Assembly (NCBI RefSeq): GCF_001194135.2
Contig: NC_068994.1
Coordinates: 44,174,879-44,238,878 of the forward strand
DNA from: Octopus bimaculoides
Lineage: Eukaryota
DNA length: 64,000 nucleotides
Reading direction: 5' to 3'
Position 1 is the first letter of the stretch. Each line of letters opens with the position of its first letter. The notes under the pieces were generated by a model. It did no database searches, had not been told where the DNA came from, and was given only the letters and a program-made list of their open reading frames with translations. Shown here piece after piece: positions 51,386-63,896 of the stretch. A program made the position numbers and the translations under genes.

Positions 51386-52529
51386 GTCTGTTGTAAAAAC
51401 AAAACAAAAATTTAAAAAAAAACAACAACGATATCCTTTTTAAATGTCTAGCCAAGCTCTTTTATTGAACTGCTAGCCCAGTTAAATAGTAGGGACCACA
51501 TTACCGTTGATTTGAAACATAAGACAGAGCAAGTATGTATATAAGACTTGCAACACTACAATGACATCGATGTTATCAAAGCCTACGTATTATGCTGTGA
51601 AAAAAGAAAGAGAATGATGTGTTTTTAGTTGATCCAGCTCAATAGTGTTTTGTTGTATTATATAGTCCATTTGTTTCATTATTCAGACAACGAAAATCAG
51701 TGTCTAAACAATGAGAGCCTATCACACAAGATTTATTACACTACATAAAGTTCACTGCCCACATAGAAAATCTTCTCCTTCTTTTATTTCGTTTCCCCCT
51801 CCGTCACCATCATTACAAACATGACTGCTGCTGCTGCCGCTGCCGCCCTCCGCCCTGGGCCAAAACTGATTTTGTGTATGTAAGTGTATATTTGTGTCTG
51901 TGTGTGTGTATGTGTGTGTATGTGTGTATGTGCATACATCGTTGTGTGTGTGTGCGGGTGCATATGTGTGGCTGTCTCTCTGTGTGCATATCGGAATGTG
52001 TGTGTGTGTGTGTGTGTGTGTGTGTTGTGTCGTGTGTGTGTGTGTGTGTTGTGTCGTGTGTGTGTGTGTCACTTTTGAATTATTGACTTATTTTTCACTG
52101 TTCTATATCATGATTGATTGCTCTGTCATGGTTCAATGCAACAACAACAACAACATCAGCAGCAGCAGCAACAACAACAACAACATTATAACAAAAAAAA
52201 ATGGCTTTGTCACGATCACAAGAGGAAAGTTTATTCACAATCCAGGAAAATAACAATAAAATTAACTTTTTACCTCCTCAGTATCCACATCAAAAGAAAG
52301 ATTCACTGATGTCTCCCTCCGCTCCTCCCCCCTCTCTTCCTCTCTCTCTCTCTCTCATCTATTCCAGCAGTGTTTGCAGCCAGCATGCCAACCAGCCAAC
52401 CAGCCAGTTAAACAACCAGGCTTTTTGCCAGTAGACAGCTTGCCATCTTGTCTCTTGATCTTTGAAAACACTATACTTCAACACCATAATTACTGACTAT
52501 GAGAAGAAATCAGTTCTATTTACCATATA

Positions 52530-53000
52530 GCATCATAATCGTCCATCGTCAGCGCCATCGTCATCATCATCATCAGCATTGTCGTCGTAAAATCGTTGTT
52601 GCCCGCATCATCGTTGTAACACTGTCATTATCCTCTTGATCCTCATTGAGCGATCCTCCTCATCATTGTCGTCATCATTGTCGTCAGCGCAATCATCGTC
52701 ATCATCACCATCGTCATCATCATTAGCATCATCAGCATCATCATCATCATCATCACCTCCATCATCATATTCATCATCACTCCTAATCATCCACATCATC
52801 ATATTTGTCATTCTCAACTTCCTCATCACCTTCATGATCACCATCATTATCATCATCATCATCATCAACATCATCATCATCATCATCATCATCAACATCA
52901 TCTTCATCACCACCACCATCACCATCATCACCACAACCACCATCACCGCCACCACCATCACCGCCACCACCATCACCACCACCATCATCACCATCAAATT
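52530..53000. repeat. Cryptic (CAT/CAC/CGT)n triplet tract
   Basis: Direct inspection. Confidence 0.9.
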
Positions 53001-53085
53001 ATTGTATTATTTCAATGTTGGCTCCTGTTGCTATATATCAATTTACATGTTGATCTTCCATGTCTTTTGTACAATTTTGCTTCAG

Positions 53086-53173
53086 GTTTGGCCATATTGT
53101 TTACGCATGGTTTCTCTCCAATCCTCAGTCACTGTAACACCACACACACCAAGTGTATTTATTTTGACAATAA
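53086..53173 (+). CDS. Candidate exon LAILFTHGFSPILSHCNTTHTKCIYFDN
   Basis: Acceptor gtcttttgtacaattttgcttcag, donor ATAA|gtatga; phase 1 to 2, so not directly compatible with 48470. Confidence 0.2.
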
Positions 53174-53319
53174 GTATGAGAGTTCTCTTGGATAGAGGTT
53201 TTGGGGTTCATAGGGGTTACTCAGTGTTAGCTCAAGTACCCATGTCAGAAAATTTGAGCTTACCCCTTTGAACATGGAAAGCAGATATGGTTATAGTTAG
53301 TCCACATTACTCCATAAAG

Positions 53320-53510
53320 AGCATAGGGCTGTCTTCTTGGTTTATCAGACATATATATTCCTTCCTGGATGGGATGCTGATCCATTGCAGGGTTACTCAT
53401 TTTCACCAGTTGAGTGGACTCAAGGAATGTAAACACAATGTATTGCCCACTCCAGGAATCAAAACCACAGTCTTATGATCATGAGTACAACTCCCTAACC
53501 ACTAAGCCAT
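53320..53510 (-). mobile_element. SINE C
   Basis: gggatgctgatccattgcagggttactcattttcaccag...ccctaaccactaagccat. Confidence 0.75.
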
Positions 53511-53560
53511 GACCCTAGAAAGCAAATATATTCACTCAATGTTTTATTACTATTAACAAC

Positions 53561-54218
53561 AGCAAGCTGGCAAAATTATTAGCATGCCAGACAAAATGCT
53601 CAGTGGTATTCCGTCTGTCTTTACGTTCTGAGGTCAACTTTGCTTTTCGTCCTTATGGGGTCAATAAAATAACCACCAATCAAGTTCTGGGGTCAATGTA
53701 ATCGATTTCACTCCTTCCCCGGAATTGCTGGCCTTCTGCCAAAAATTTGAAATCAATATTTTATTACCATTAACTGCAGAAAGTAGTTTTACCTCACAAC
53801 TTAGTGAAAAACCTCTCCTTATGTTATGAAAAGTGAAAACACTCCCAGAGACACCTTTTGCAAAAGAATTTTTCAGATTTTCTAATTTTTTTTTTTTTTA
53901 TCAAATATCTCCTTAAACAGCAACAAGCAAATACTTTCAGTGGTGGATATGAAAACCATAACTATAGGAGACACTGAAAAAGTATTGCAGAAACAGAAAA
54001 TATTGGTTTCAAATTTTGGCACAAGACCAGCAATTTCAGGGGAGTGAGTAGATCAATTACATCAACCCCAGTGCTCAACTGGTACTTATTTTATCAACAC
54101 TGGAAAGATAAAAGGCAAAGTCGACTTTGACAGAATTTGAACACAGAACAAAAACAGACAAGATGCTGTGAAGCATTTTGCCTGGCACAGTAACAATTCT
54201 GCTAGCTTGCTGCCTTAG
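53561..54218. mobile_element. Two SINE D copies in opposite, tail-to-tail orientation (53561-53761 +, 53999-54218 -)
   Basis: Both match the family D consensus. Confidence 0.75.
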
Positions 54219-54689
54219 AAGCAGAAAATATTAGTTCTATATTTTGATGGATCATCAACATCATTAGAACGATGATGAAATTAGAATGACCATGAAATTT
54301 AAGTTTGCAGTCAAAGAGTTAAGCTTTATTTTCTACAATTTCAACCTATAACAGGACAGCAATGCATTTTTACCCACCTCAAATGACTGAAAATTGTTTT
54401 CCTTTTCTCCTTACATGAAGACTTAGACTAAGCATTAGAGCTCATAAGGAAGAAGCCTAGATTGGTTTCTAAGAAGTAGAATGGGGTGCCAGCCAGTCAC
54501 AGGGTTAAGTTCCCAGCTATTGCTGGAACCCATTTACGACTGAGTAGACTGGGGCAATATGAAATAAATGATCATGTTCGTGAACACAGTGCAACAGCAG
54601 GTCCAAGAATTGAAATTATGATCTTATAACTGGGAATGGAATGCAACACATTAACCACTAGGTAAAGGTGAGGTGAAGGTTACCTTCTC

Positions 54690-55365
54690 AAGTTATGCTG
54701 ACTCATAAGGGCCAGTTCCTCAGTTTCCATGGCACATAAATTCCCCACCTGGATGTGACACCGGTCTGTTGCAAGATTATAAATTTTTTTGCCAGCTGAA
54801 TAGACTGGAGCAATGTGAAATGAAGTGTCTTGCTCAAGAACACAATGTGTCACCCAGTCCAGGAATTGAAACCACAATCTTATGATCATGAGTCCAACAC
54901 CCTAATTACTCATTTTTACCAGCTGCGTGGACTGGAGCAATGTGAAATGAAGTGCTTTGCTCAAGAACACAATGCATCGCCCGGTCCAGGAATCAAAACC
55001 ACAATCTTACAATCATGAGTCCAACACCCTAACCACTAAGCCAANNNNNNNNNNNNNNNNNNNNNNNNNNNNNNNNNNNNNNNNNNNNNNNNNNNNNNNN
55101 NNNNNNNNNNNNNNNNNNNNNNNNNNNNNNNNCTTGCTCAAGAACACAATGTGTCACCCAGTCCAGGAATTGAAACCACAATCTTATGATCATGAGTCCA
55201 ACACCCTAATTACTCATTTTTACCAGCTGCGTGGACTGGAGCAATGTGAAATGAAGTGCTTTGCTCAAGAACACAATGCATCGCCCGGTCCAGGAATCAA
55301 AACCACAATCTTACAATCATGAGTCCAACACCCTAACCACTAAGCCAAGTACCTCTACATTAGCC
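54690..55365 (-). mobile_element. SINE C with a tandemly repeated head module; 216 bp repeated across the N-gap
   Basis: 54829-55044 equals 55133-55348. Confidence 0.85.
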
Positions 55366-55420
55366 ACTAGATCATGCACCTAACAAGAAGAAAAAAAATT
55401 AATCTTGTAACCTAATTAAA

Positions 55421-55638
55421 CTGGTTTCAAATTTTGGCATAAGGCCAGCAAGTTTTTGGAAGCTGGTAAGTTAATTACATGAACCCCCAGTACTCAACTG
55501 GTACTTATCTTATCAATCTTGAGAGGATGAAAAGCAAAGTTGACCTAGGTAGAATTTGAACTCAGAACATAAAGACAAACAAAATGCCACTAAGCATTAT
55601 GCCCAGAGTGCTAACGATTCTGCCAGCTCACTGCCTTA
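55421..55638 (-). mobile_element. SINE D, full length
   Basis: Matches the family consensus. Confidence 0.85.
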
Positions 55639-56164
55639 TGTAACCAAACTAAATTAAGATTTGCTTAATAACATATAAATTTTGCATATAAATTCTACTA
55701 AAACTTACAGGAAAATTCTTTATGACATCAACTTATTTTTACTCTAAATTTTACTTTTAGTTAGCTAAATTAACAATTTTTTTTTTAAATACAGTTTAAA
55801 CTAGAGTATTAAAAATTTTCATTTAGCAAACTATATCTGAAATCTTCAGCAGCAGTTGCATTTTAAAGTGTTTTGCAAGGCAGTATTGATAGAGATACAT
55901 AAATTCACTTGAAATGGGGGTGAAAATGGTGAAAAGAGAAATTAATACAGTGGTGTGAAAGGAGCTCAAAGCAGTCAGAACTAGCATCAAAGCTGGTAAT
56001 AGCTTTTCTAAGTTGATGGATGCAAATGGGATGTATGGAAAGTTACTGAAGATATTTACAGCACTTGTTGTTGTTGTTTTGGGGTCTAGATGAGGAGAAA
56101 ATAAAATCTTTGATAAGATGTTTTCTCTTTCTTTTCAATTTTTTTTTTTAACCAAATAAGGTGA

Positions 56165-56527
56165 TTGTTGTTGTTGTTGTTGGCACTCCGTCGCTTACGA
56201 CGTTGAGGGTTCCAGTTGATCCGATCAATGGAACAGCCTGTTCGTGAAATTAACGTGCAAGTGGCTGAGCACTCCACAGACACGTGTACCCTTAACGTAG
56301 TTCTCGGGGATATTCAGCGTGACACAGTGTGACAAGGCTGACCCTTTGAATCACAGGCACAACAGAAACAGGAAGTAAGAGTGAGAGAAAGTTGTGGTGA
56401 AAGAGTACAGCAGGGTTTGCCACCATCCCCTACTGGAGCCTCGTGGAGCTTTTAGGTGTTTTCACTCAATAAACACTCACAACGCCCGGTCTGGGAATTG
56501 AAACCGCGATCCTATGACCGCGAGTCC
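56165..56527 (-). mobile_element. SINE A, young copy lacking the first ~25 nt
   Basis: (CAA)n tail, CpG-rich. Confidence 0.9.
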
Positions 56528-56790
56528 AGCAGGGGATGGTGGCGAACCCTGCTGTACTCTTTCACCACAACTTTCTCTCACTCTTACTTCCTGTTTCTGT
56601 TGTGCCTGTAATTCAAAGGGTCAGCCTTGTCACACTGTGTCACGCTGAATATCCCCAAGAACTACGTTAAGGGTACACGTGTCTGTGGACTGCTCAGCCA
56701 TTTGCACGTTAATTTCACGAACAGGCTGTTCTGTTGATCGGATCAACTGGAACCCTCGACGTCATAAGCGACGGAGTGCCAACAACAACA
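56528..56790 (+). mobile_element. SINE A, 5'-truncated copy fused head-to-head to the previous one
   Basis: About 10 mismatches in ~265 bp versus 56165-56434. Confidence 0.9.
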
Positions 56791-57287
56791 TGTATGTATG
56801 TATGTATGTTCTCTTCTGTTTTAAATTAACTTCTTCATCAGAGGAAGGAGTTGGTATATGACAAAGATATAAAAACTCCATCGTTGCGAATATAGATAAC
56901 AAAAAAATTCACATTTTAAACTTGAGAAAAGCCTTACATATTTTTACTATTCTATGTCTATGTATGTATGTATGTAATGTATGTATGTTTGTATGTATGT
57001 ATGTATGCATGTATTTGCTATGTATGTCTCATTCATACCTTCGATTTTTGGAATGTTTGACTTTCTAACAGTTCTCTAAGTCTACTACATTTGAATAATT
57101 CTGTAATATTGAACATATTATTGATTATATATAAATAAACAAGATAATAAATTTTAAGAGCAGCTATTAAAGATAGATACTGACTGAATAAGAGAACTGT
57201 GACATCTTTATATTACTGCAGAACTTAAACAAATGTAAGTAACATTGTGTATATTTGCAGCACAGTAGTAAAGTTGTAAATGCAAAA

Positions 57288-57618
57288 TATTGGTTTCAAA
57301 TTTCAGCAAAAGACCAGTAGTTCAGAGAGAGGATAAGTCAATGACATGGACCCCAGTACTCAACTGGTACTTATTTTATTGACCCTGGAAAGATGAACAA
57401 CGAAGTCAACTTCAGCAGAATTAGAACTCAACAGTAATAACAAACGAAATGTCACTAAGCATGCATGGCTGTGTGGTAAGAAGCTTGCTTCCCAACCACA
57501 TGGTTCTGGGTTCAGTCCCACTGCATGGCACCATGGGCAAGTGTCTTCTACTATAGCCTCAGGTCAACCAAAGCCTTAGGAATGGATTTGGTAGACAGAA
57601 ACTGAAAGAAGCCCATCA
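57288..57618. mobile_element. SINE D (-, 57288-57462) abutting a SINE B head (+, 57464-57618)
   Basis: Both match their family consensus; the D head is truncated at the junction. Confidence 0.8.
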
Positions 57619-57659
57619 TATTTATATATATATATAAAATAAATAAATGCGCCCTTTTA

Positions 57660-58206
57660 AAGCCTAGCCAAGCTCATGGGCCCGGTTTCAATGGCGTCTG
57701 TGTTCCCCAGCTGGACGGGATGCCAGTCCATCGCAGCGTTACTCATTTTTGCCAGCTCAGTGGACTGGAGCAACTTGAAATGAAGTGTTTTGCTCAAGAA
57801 CACAACGCGTCGCCCAGTCCAGGAATCGAAACCACAATCTTACGATCATGGTGCTGACACCCTAACCACTAGGCCACGTGCCTCCACACATATATAANNN
57901 NNNNNNNNNNNNNNNNNNNNNNNNNNNNNNNNNNNNNNNNNNNNNNNNNNNNNNNNNNNNNNNNNNNNNNNNNNNNNNNNNNNNNNNNNNNNNNNNNNNN
58001 NNNNNNCTGTGTTCCCCAGCTGGACGGGATGCCAGTCCATCGCAGCGTTACTCATTTTTGCCAGCTCAGTGGACTGGAGCAACTTGAAATGAAGTGTTTT
58101 GCTCAAGAACACAACGCGTCGCCCAGTCCAGGAATCGAAACCACAATCTTACGATCATGGTGCTGACACCCTAACCACTAGGCCACGTGCCTCCACACAT
58201 ATATAA
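57660..58206 (-). mobile_element. Young SINE C, duplicated across an N-gap
   Basis: 57698-57897 equals 58007-58206. Confidence 0.9.
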
Positions 58207-58429
58207 AAATATATATATGCATGTATGTAAATATGTGAAGTATTATTACTGTTAAAAACAGTAATAATGAGGTGGCTAGCAAGACTTCTACCTAAACAGG
58301 TATGATATAAAATATTTGAAGAAAAGAAAGGTAAAGATACCGCTTGCTAAAAATCAAAGTGAAAGCTTAAAAAAACCCACCAATTCTATGATAAATACAC
58401 ACACGAGCAATGTAATGAATGTATATGTC

Positions 58430-58640
58430 TGTGTGTCTGTGTTTTATGCCCCCACTCACCATCGCTTGACAACTGACGTTGGTGTGTTTACATCCCCGTA
58501 ACTTAGCACTTCAGCAAAAGAAACCAAAAGAATAAGTACTTGGCTTACAAATAATAAGTTCTGGGGTTGATTTGTTCGACTAAAGGTGGTGCTGCAGCAT
58601 GGCCACAGTCAAATGACTGAACTCAATAAAAGAAAAAATA
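58430..58640 (+). mobile_element. SINE B, 3' half
   Basis: catcgcttgacaac...gcatggccacagtcaaatgactgaa. Confidence 0.8.
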
Positions 58641-58652
58641 AGAAAAAAAAAG

Positions 58653-58932
58653 GGCATTTTGCTTAGCGTGCTAATGGTTCTTTTCAACTCTAGGCACAAA
58701 GTGCGAAATTTTTGGAGAGGCGGGGTGCCAGTCGATTAGATCAACTCCAGTACACAACTGGTACTTTATATATTGATTCCGAAAAGATGAAAGGCAATGT
58801 GGACCTCGGCAGAATTTGAACTCAGAACATAAAGGCGGATGAAATACTGCTAAGCGTTTCGCCCGGCATGCTAACGTTTCTGCCAGCTCACCACCTTAGA
58901 ATGGTAATAATTCTGCCAAGCTCGCTGCCTTA
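58653..58932 (-). mobile_element. SINE D nested in the head of another SINE D
   Basis: Inner copy 58681-58898; outer head split into 58653-58680 and 58910-58932. Confidence 0.75.
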
Positions 58933-59078
58933 TGTTAAAGTAAAATATTAAAGTACTTTTTCCTAAAAGATAATCAGTTCTACCTGCTATGTTATGAAGT
59001 GTGCACATAAAGGGAGAAAGACACAGAGATAGAAAGAGAGACAGAATGAATGACTGTGAGAGAGAGAGAATGAATGAC

Positions 59079-59110
<32 letters not shown>

Positions 59111-59574
59111 TAAGAGGTGCATGATGTAACAAGTGTGTGCACAGAAACAACTGATAAAGCCACAGCAGGTTATTACAGGTTGCTTATCTCCCTTTCTAGG
59201 AAAGTCTCTTGAGATTTTCCTAGTTGAGAAAATTGCTGAACATACAGCTGTCTTTACACTGATCTCCCATCATCCCATGAGGATAATAATAATAATAATA
59301 ACAATAATAACAACAACAACAACAAATGAGCTGCATATTTCATTGTGAATATACATGCATGCACATTTCAGCACTTACAGTCACATATAGTCACACAATA
59401 TGTTACACACACACACACACACACACACAATCACAAGATATGCATGTTCATATAGACACACATTTACAGAAACTCATGCCTTAATTAACCCCCACCCACA
59501 CATAAATGCACATATACACACACAAACACACACACGTATACTACACACATATGCATACATGTAGATAGACAGAC

Positions 59575-59597
59575 AGACAGACAAATAGAGAGAGAGA

Positions 59598-59656
<59 letters not shown>

Positions 59657-59685
59657 ATGGACAGACAGACAGACAGACAGATTCA
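59575..59685. repeat. (GGCA)n/(GACA)n/(GA)n microsatellite
   Basis: Direct inspection. Confidence 0.95.
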
Positions 59686-60129
59686 AATACTGTCAGCTAA
59701 GCTCACTCTGTAACATTACCAGAAATAATCTACCACATTTGCAGCTTTTGCCAAGGTTTTCAACCCCACCCCTTTCTCGTATTCACAGTCCTACTGCCAG
59801 ATGTACACCACACAAAGTGTGGAAACTTCCATGGAGCAACAAGGAGACCTGTACATGGTAACTTGCTTCACTAGAAATAACAACCAAATCTTTCTCAATT
59901 ACACACTAGCATCTTAAATGGGGAAAGAACAAACTGAATAATGTATTCCTAAGCATATTATGTTTCTTGTCATTAAAGATCTTATAACCTCTAAGACAAA
60001 TCCTAATTTTGACATTGAAAATTTTGTAAAAATATAAACTTTAAAAGCAAAGTCTCAATGCTTTCACATACTTCAGCTAAATGTTTTGTTAGAGAATGTA
60101 TGGTATATAGACCCTGTCGAATCATTTAT

Positions 60130-60700
60130 AGGTGCATGTGTAGCTGCCTGGTAAGAATTTTGCTTCCCAACCACGTGGTTCCAGGTTCAGTCCCACAAAA
60201 TAGCATCTTGGCAAGTGTCTGACCAAAACCTTGTGAGTGGATCTGGAAGATAGAAACTGAAAGAAGCTTGTCACGTACACACACACTCACACATATATCA
60301 TCATCATCATCCTCATCATCATCATCATTTAATGTCTGTCTTCCATGTATAGGTAGGACAGTTGACAGGAGCCAGTCATGTAAAAATCTACCCTAGGCTA
60401 CTGTGTCTGTCTTGGCAGGGTTTTCATGGCTAGATGCCCTTCCTAACACCAACCACTCTGCAGAGTGTACTCAATGCTTTTTCCAAGTCATATAGACTCA
60501 TAGGCCATGTTTCTTGGTTTTTGTGGCATATATGGGCACTCCCAGGATGAGACACTGTTCCATTGCAGGAACACTTATTTTTGTCAGCTGAGTTTACTAG
60601 AGCCACATGAAATGAAGTGTTTTACTCAAGAACACAATGCATTGCCCAGTACAGGAATTGAAATCACAACACCCTAACCACTAAACCATGTGCTATCACT
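60130..60700. mobile_element. Cluster: SINE B head (+, 60130-60275), RTE 3' UTR (-, 60295-60480), SINE C (-, 60480-60700)
   Basis: Each matches the family copies above. Confidence 0.7.
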
Positions 60701-60820
60701 TATGTGTCTGTGTGTGTGTATACTATATACATATAAACGTTCACATATGCACATTAATATATATACATGTGTATATAATATACATGTATACACTATAATA
60801 TATATACATATGCATGTATA

Positions 60821-60861
<41 letters not shown>

Positions 60862-60864
<3 letters not shown>

Positions 60865-60950
60865 CGAGCGTCAAACTAATACATCCTTTTGTTGTTTACA
60901 CCACCTGTCCTCGTCTGTTGTTGTTCTTTTTCGTACATTCTCCCATATAT
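60862..60950 (+). mobile_element. Second, truncated copy of the 536-711 element (hammerhead part absent)
   Basis: aatacatccttttgttgtttacaccacctgtcctcgtctgttgttg is the reverse complement of 561-607. Confidence 0.8.
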
Positions 60951-61393
60951 ATATATATATATATATATNNNNNNNNNNNNNNNNNNNNNNNNNNNNNNNN
61001 NNNNNNNNNNNNNNNNNNNNNNNNNNNNNNNNNNNNNNNNNNNNNNNNNNNNNNNNNNNNNNNNNNNNNNNNNNNNNNNNNNNNNNNNNNNNNNNNNNNN
61101 NNNNNNNNNNNNNNNNNNNNNNNNNNNNNNNNNNNNNNNNNNNNNNNNNNNNNNNNNNNNNNNNNNNNNNNNNNNNNNNNNNNNNNNNNNNNNNNNNNNN
61201 NNNNNNNNNNNNNNNNNNNNNNNNNNNNNNNNNNNNNNNNNNNNNNNNNNNNNNNNNNNNNNNNNNNNNNNNNNNNNNNNNNNNNNNNNNNNNNNNNNNN
61301 NNNNNNNNNNNNNNNNNNNNNNNNNNNNNNNNNNNNNNNNNNNNNNNNNNNNNNNCTTTGCATAATAGCAACAATATATATATATGTCATATA

Positions 61394-61777
61394 CAGCGCT
61401 GGATTAACCAGGGCACCACAGAAATGGTAAATGTTTTACGGTACAAAACTTATCACTTCAAACTTGTTAAAGAAGTATTCAAATTGCTTTATGTGATCAG
61501 AATTGTAATTCTAAAGTGTTCATGGCGTCATACCAACGATCTGATCAAAGACTTTGCAATAAGAAAAGTAGGAGAAAACTTTTCCGATATAAATAAAGTG
61601 AAAGTGTACAAAAAAAAATAAACATTTTTCCCCACATTATTGTTGATTTTGTTTCATTTTGAAAAAAATAAAATGTATTTCATAGTTTATTATTGTTTAT
61701 AGTTTGAATTACATATATATGGGGACACCAAAATCTTTGAAGTGATTAGGACCTCTAGGGGTCTCATTCCTGCCCTG
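61394..61777 (+). mobile_element. hAT-family non-autonomous element
   Basis: Imperfect TIRs cagcgctggatt / attcctgccctg; 8-bp TSD gtcatata/atcatata; remnant NDLIKDFAIRK resembles the end of the hAT dimerisation domain. Confidence 0.75.
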
Positions 61778-61811
61778 ATCATATATATATATTTCATACT
61801 CTCGCTTTCTC

Positions 61812-61960
61812 TCTTTTACTTGTTTCAGTCATTTGACTACAGCCATGCTGGAGCACTGCCTTTAGTCGAGCAAATCGATCCCAGGACTTATTCTATCGGT
61901 CTCTTTTGCTGAACTGCTAAGTTACGGAGATGTAAACACACCAGCATCGGTTGTCAAGCA
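61812..61960 (-). mobile_element. SINE B, 3' half with a deletion
   Basis: cttttacttgtttcagtcatttgac...ccagcatcggttgtcaagc. Confidence 0.85.
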
Positions 61961-62548
61961 CCCCTAAATTTATTTTCTTTCAGTTTTGTTGTCACTTTTG
62001 GTCTATGATTTAGTTTGTAATTTCAGGCAAGTACAGTGAAATGAATGCTTTGCTAAAGAGACCATGATAAGATTGAAACATGCCTAGACTTGTTTCCTAT
62101 GTTTGCCAAAATAATTAAACTAATGGTGAATAGCAGCACAAAGCAATAAATTGAATAAATCAACCATTACTATTTTTTGATACTTTATTTTACTCTACTC
62201 TGCTGGAAGGATGAACCTTGCGGGGATTTGAACTCAAAACATAAAGGTTCACAGCTAAATACCACAAAATATTCTGTCCAATACTCTAATGATTCTGCTA
62301 ATTCTGCCTTTAATTAAAATGGTAAAATAGTACGAGTTAATTGCTAATATTTTCCCTTACCCCATTATTATTTCAATATAGCTTTTTATTTTTCACTGAA
62401 TGAAACCTATTTAAACTAACTTAACTCATGCTTTTATGCAGGTTTCTTGTTTATAAAGATCATAAAGTATTTTCTTTTCAAAGTTCTTTGAAGGTGCTTT
62501 GGTTCTTTAGCTCACTAGATGCACTTAGTTCTTCCTAAACTGTACTAC

Positions 62549-62622
<74 letters not shown>

Positions 62623-62691
62623 CACACGCATGTATACATGTTTGTACATTCATATCTATATATATTTATGTGTGTGTGTGTGTGTGCATGC

Positions 62692-62736
<45 letters not shown>

Positions 62737-62914
62737 TGCATAAATACATAAATACATACATACGTATACATGTTCACACACACACATATATGATATCATG
62801 CCCTCAAGAAGATATTGAATGTACATAAATACTGAGAAGAAAATTCACTAATACAAAGCAAAAAAAAAAAAAAATAGAAAATAGTCAATGTAACATGAAC
62901 TGAAATAAAAAAAG

Positions 62915-63245
62915 AAAACATTCAAACAACTTGATGGATTTAAATATTTTGGGTGAACAATAATGGAAGATGTGAATTCTAAGAAAAAGAAGCAAAAATA
63001 CTGGATTGCAGCAGATACAGGGCCTTTAGCAAAATTTGACCCTGTTTTGAAAATAAAAGATTTCAATGACAGCATAATTTGTTTTTTAAGAGCCATAGTA
63101 ATTTCAGCTGCACTTTATGAACAGAATAATGGACATTAGATGTTGAAAGTGAAAAAAAAGAAGAAAAAAAAGAAAAGAAAAGGAAAGATCATGGCCTTTG
63201 AAATGAAATGCTTCACATTCCACGTACAGAACATTGAATGAATAT
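62915..63245 (+). pseudogene. Decayed RTE-clade ORF2 fragment (post-RT region)
   Basis: KQLDGFKYFG*TIMED...FDPVLK...LRAIVISAALY...KIMAFEMKCF follows the RTE pattern FKYLG...LLYG.E.W...I.AFEM; contains stops. Confidence 0.75.
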
Positions 63246-63520
63246 AAGAGTGAAGACAGAAATTTGCTAGGAAGGTTGTGAACTGAAACTCTTCTATCAA
63301 TTGTTAACCCTTTTGTTACTCTATTTATGTTAAAATATACTAACCTTTGTATCAATTAATTTTGTAAATAATGAAGAATTTATGAAAAAAAATATTTAAT
63401 TTTTGTATTTGGTTTTCCAAGATTCTTTATGTGAATTTGTGTGGTGACAGACTTGAAGTCTATCAACTCCAAAAGGATGAAAGACGGGAAGTGGAGAGGG
63501 TATGTCACAAATGCAGTAAT

Positions 63521-63896
63521 TAATGGTTTCAAATTTTGGAATAAGGACAGTAAGTTCAGGAAAGGGTACTATTTAATTACAGCAACCTCAGTGATCGACT
63601 GGTACTTATTTTATCAACCCTAAAAGGATGAAAGGCAAAATCAACCTCAGTAGAAATTGAATTCAAAATGTAAAGATGGATGAAATGCCACAAACATTTT
63701 GCCTGGCATGCTAATGATTCTTTTCTACTCTAGGCACAAGGCCCAACATTTTTGAGGAGGAGCCAGTTGATTAGATCGACCCCAGTACGCAACTGGTACT
63801 TAATTTATTGACCCCCCAAAAGGATGAAAGGTAAAGTCGACCTCAGCAGAATTTGAACTCAGAACGTAAAAACAGACAAAATACCACTAAGCATTT
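63521..63896 (-). mobile_element. Two SINE D copies joined at 63720/63721
   Basis: Same junction sequence as 58680/58681. Confidence 0.75.

Noticed and set aside
56811-56850. Second hammerhead-like motif on minus (CUGAUGAAG...AAAAC)
   Set aside because: GAAA, stem II and the cleavage triplet are not intact; too degenerate to call.
1317-61621. Long ORFs (160-347 aa) containing X runs
   Set aside because: They span N-gaps; their length is an artefact.
75-62828. Dozens of ORFs rich in Y/I/C/V/M/H/T
   Set aside because: They are translations of (TA)n/(CA)n/(TG)n microsatellites, which lack stop codons.
62848-63096. 82-aa minus-strand ORF
   Set aside because: Shadow of the decayed RTE fragment on the + strand.
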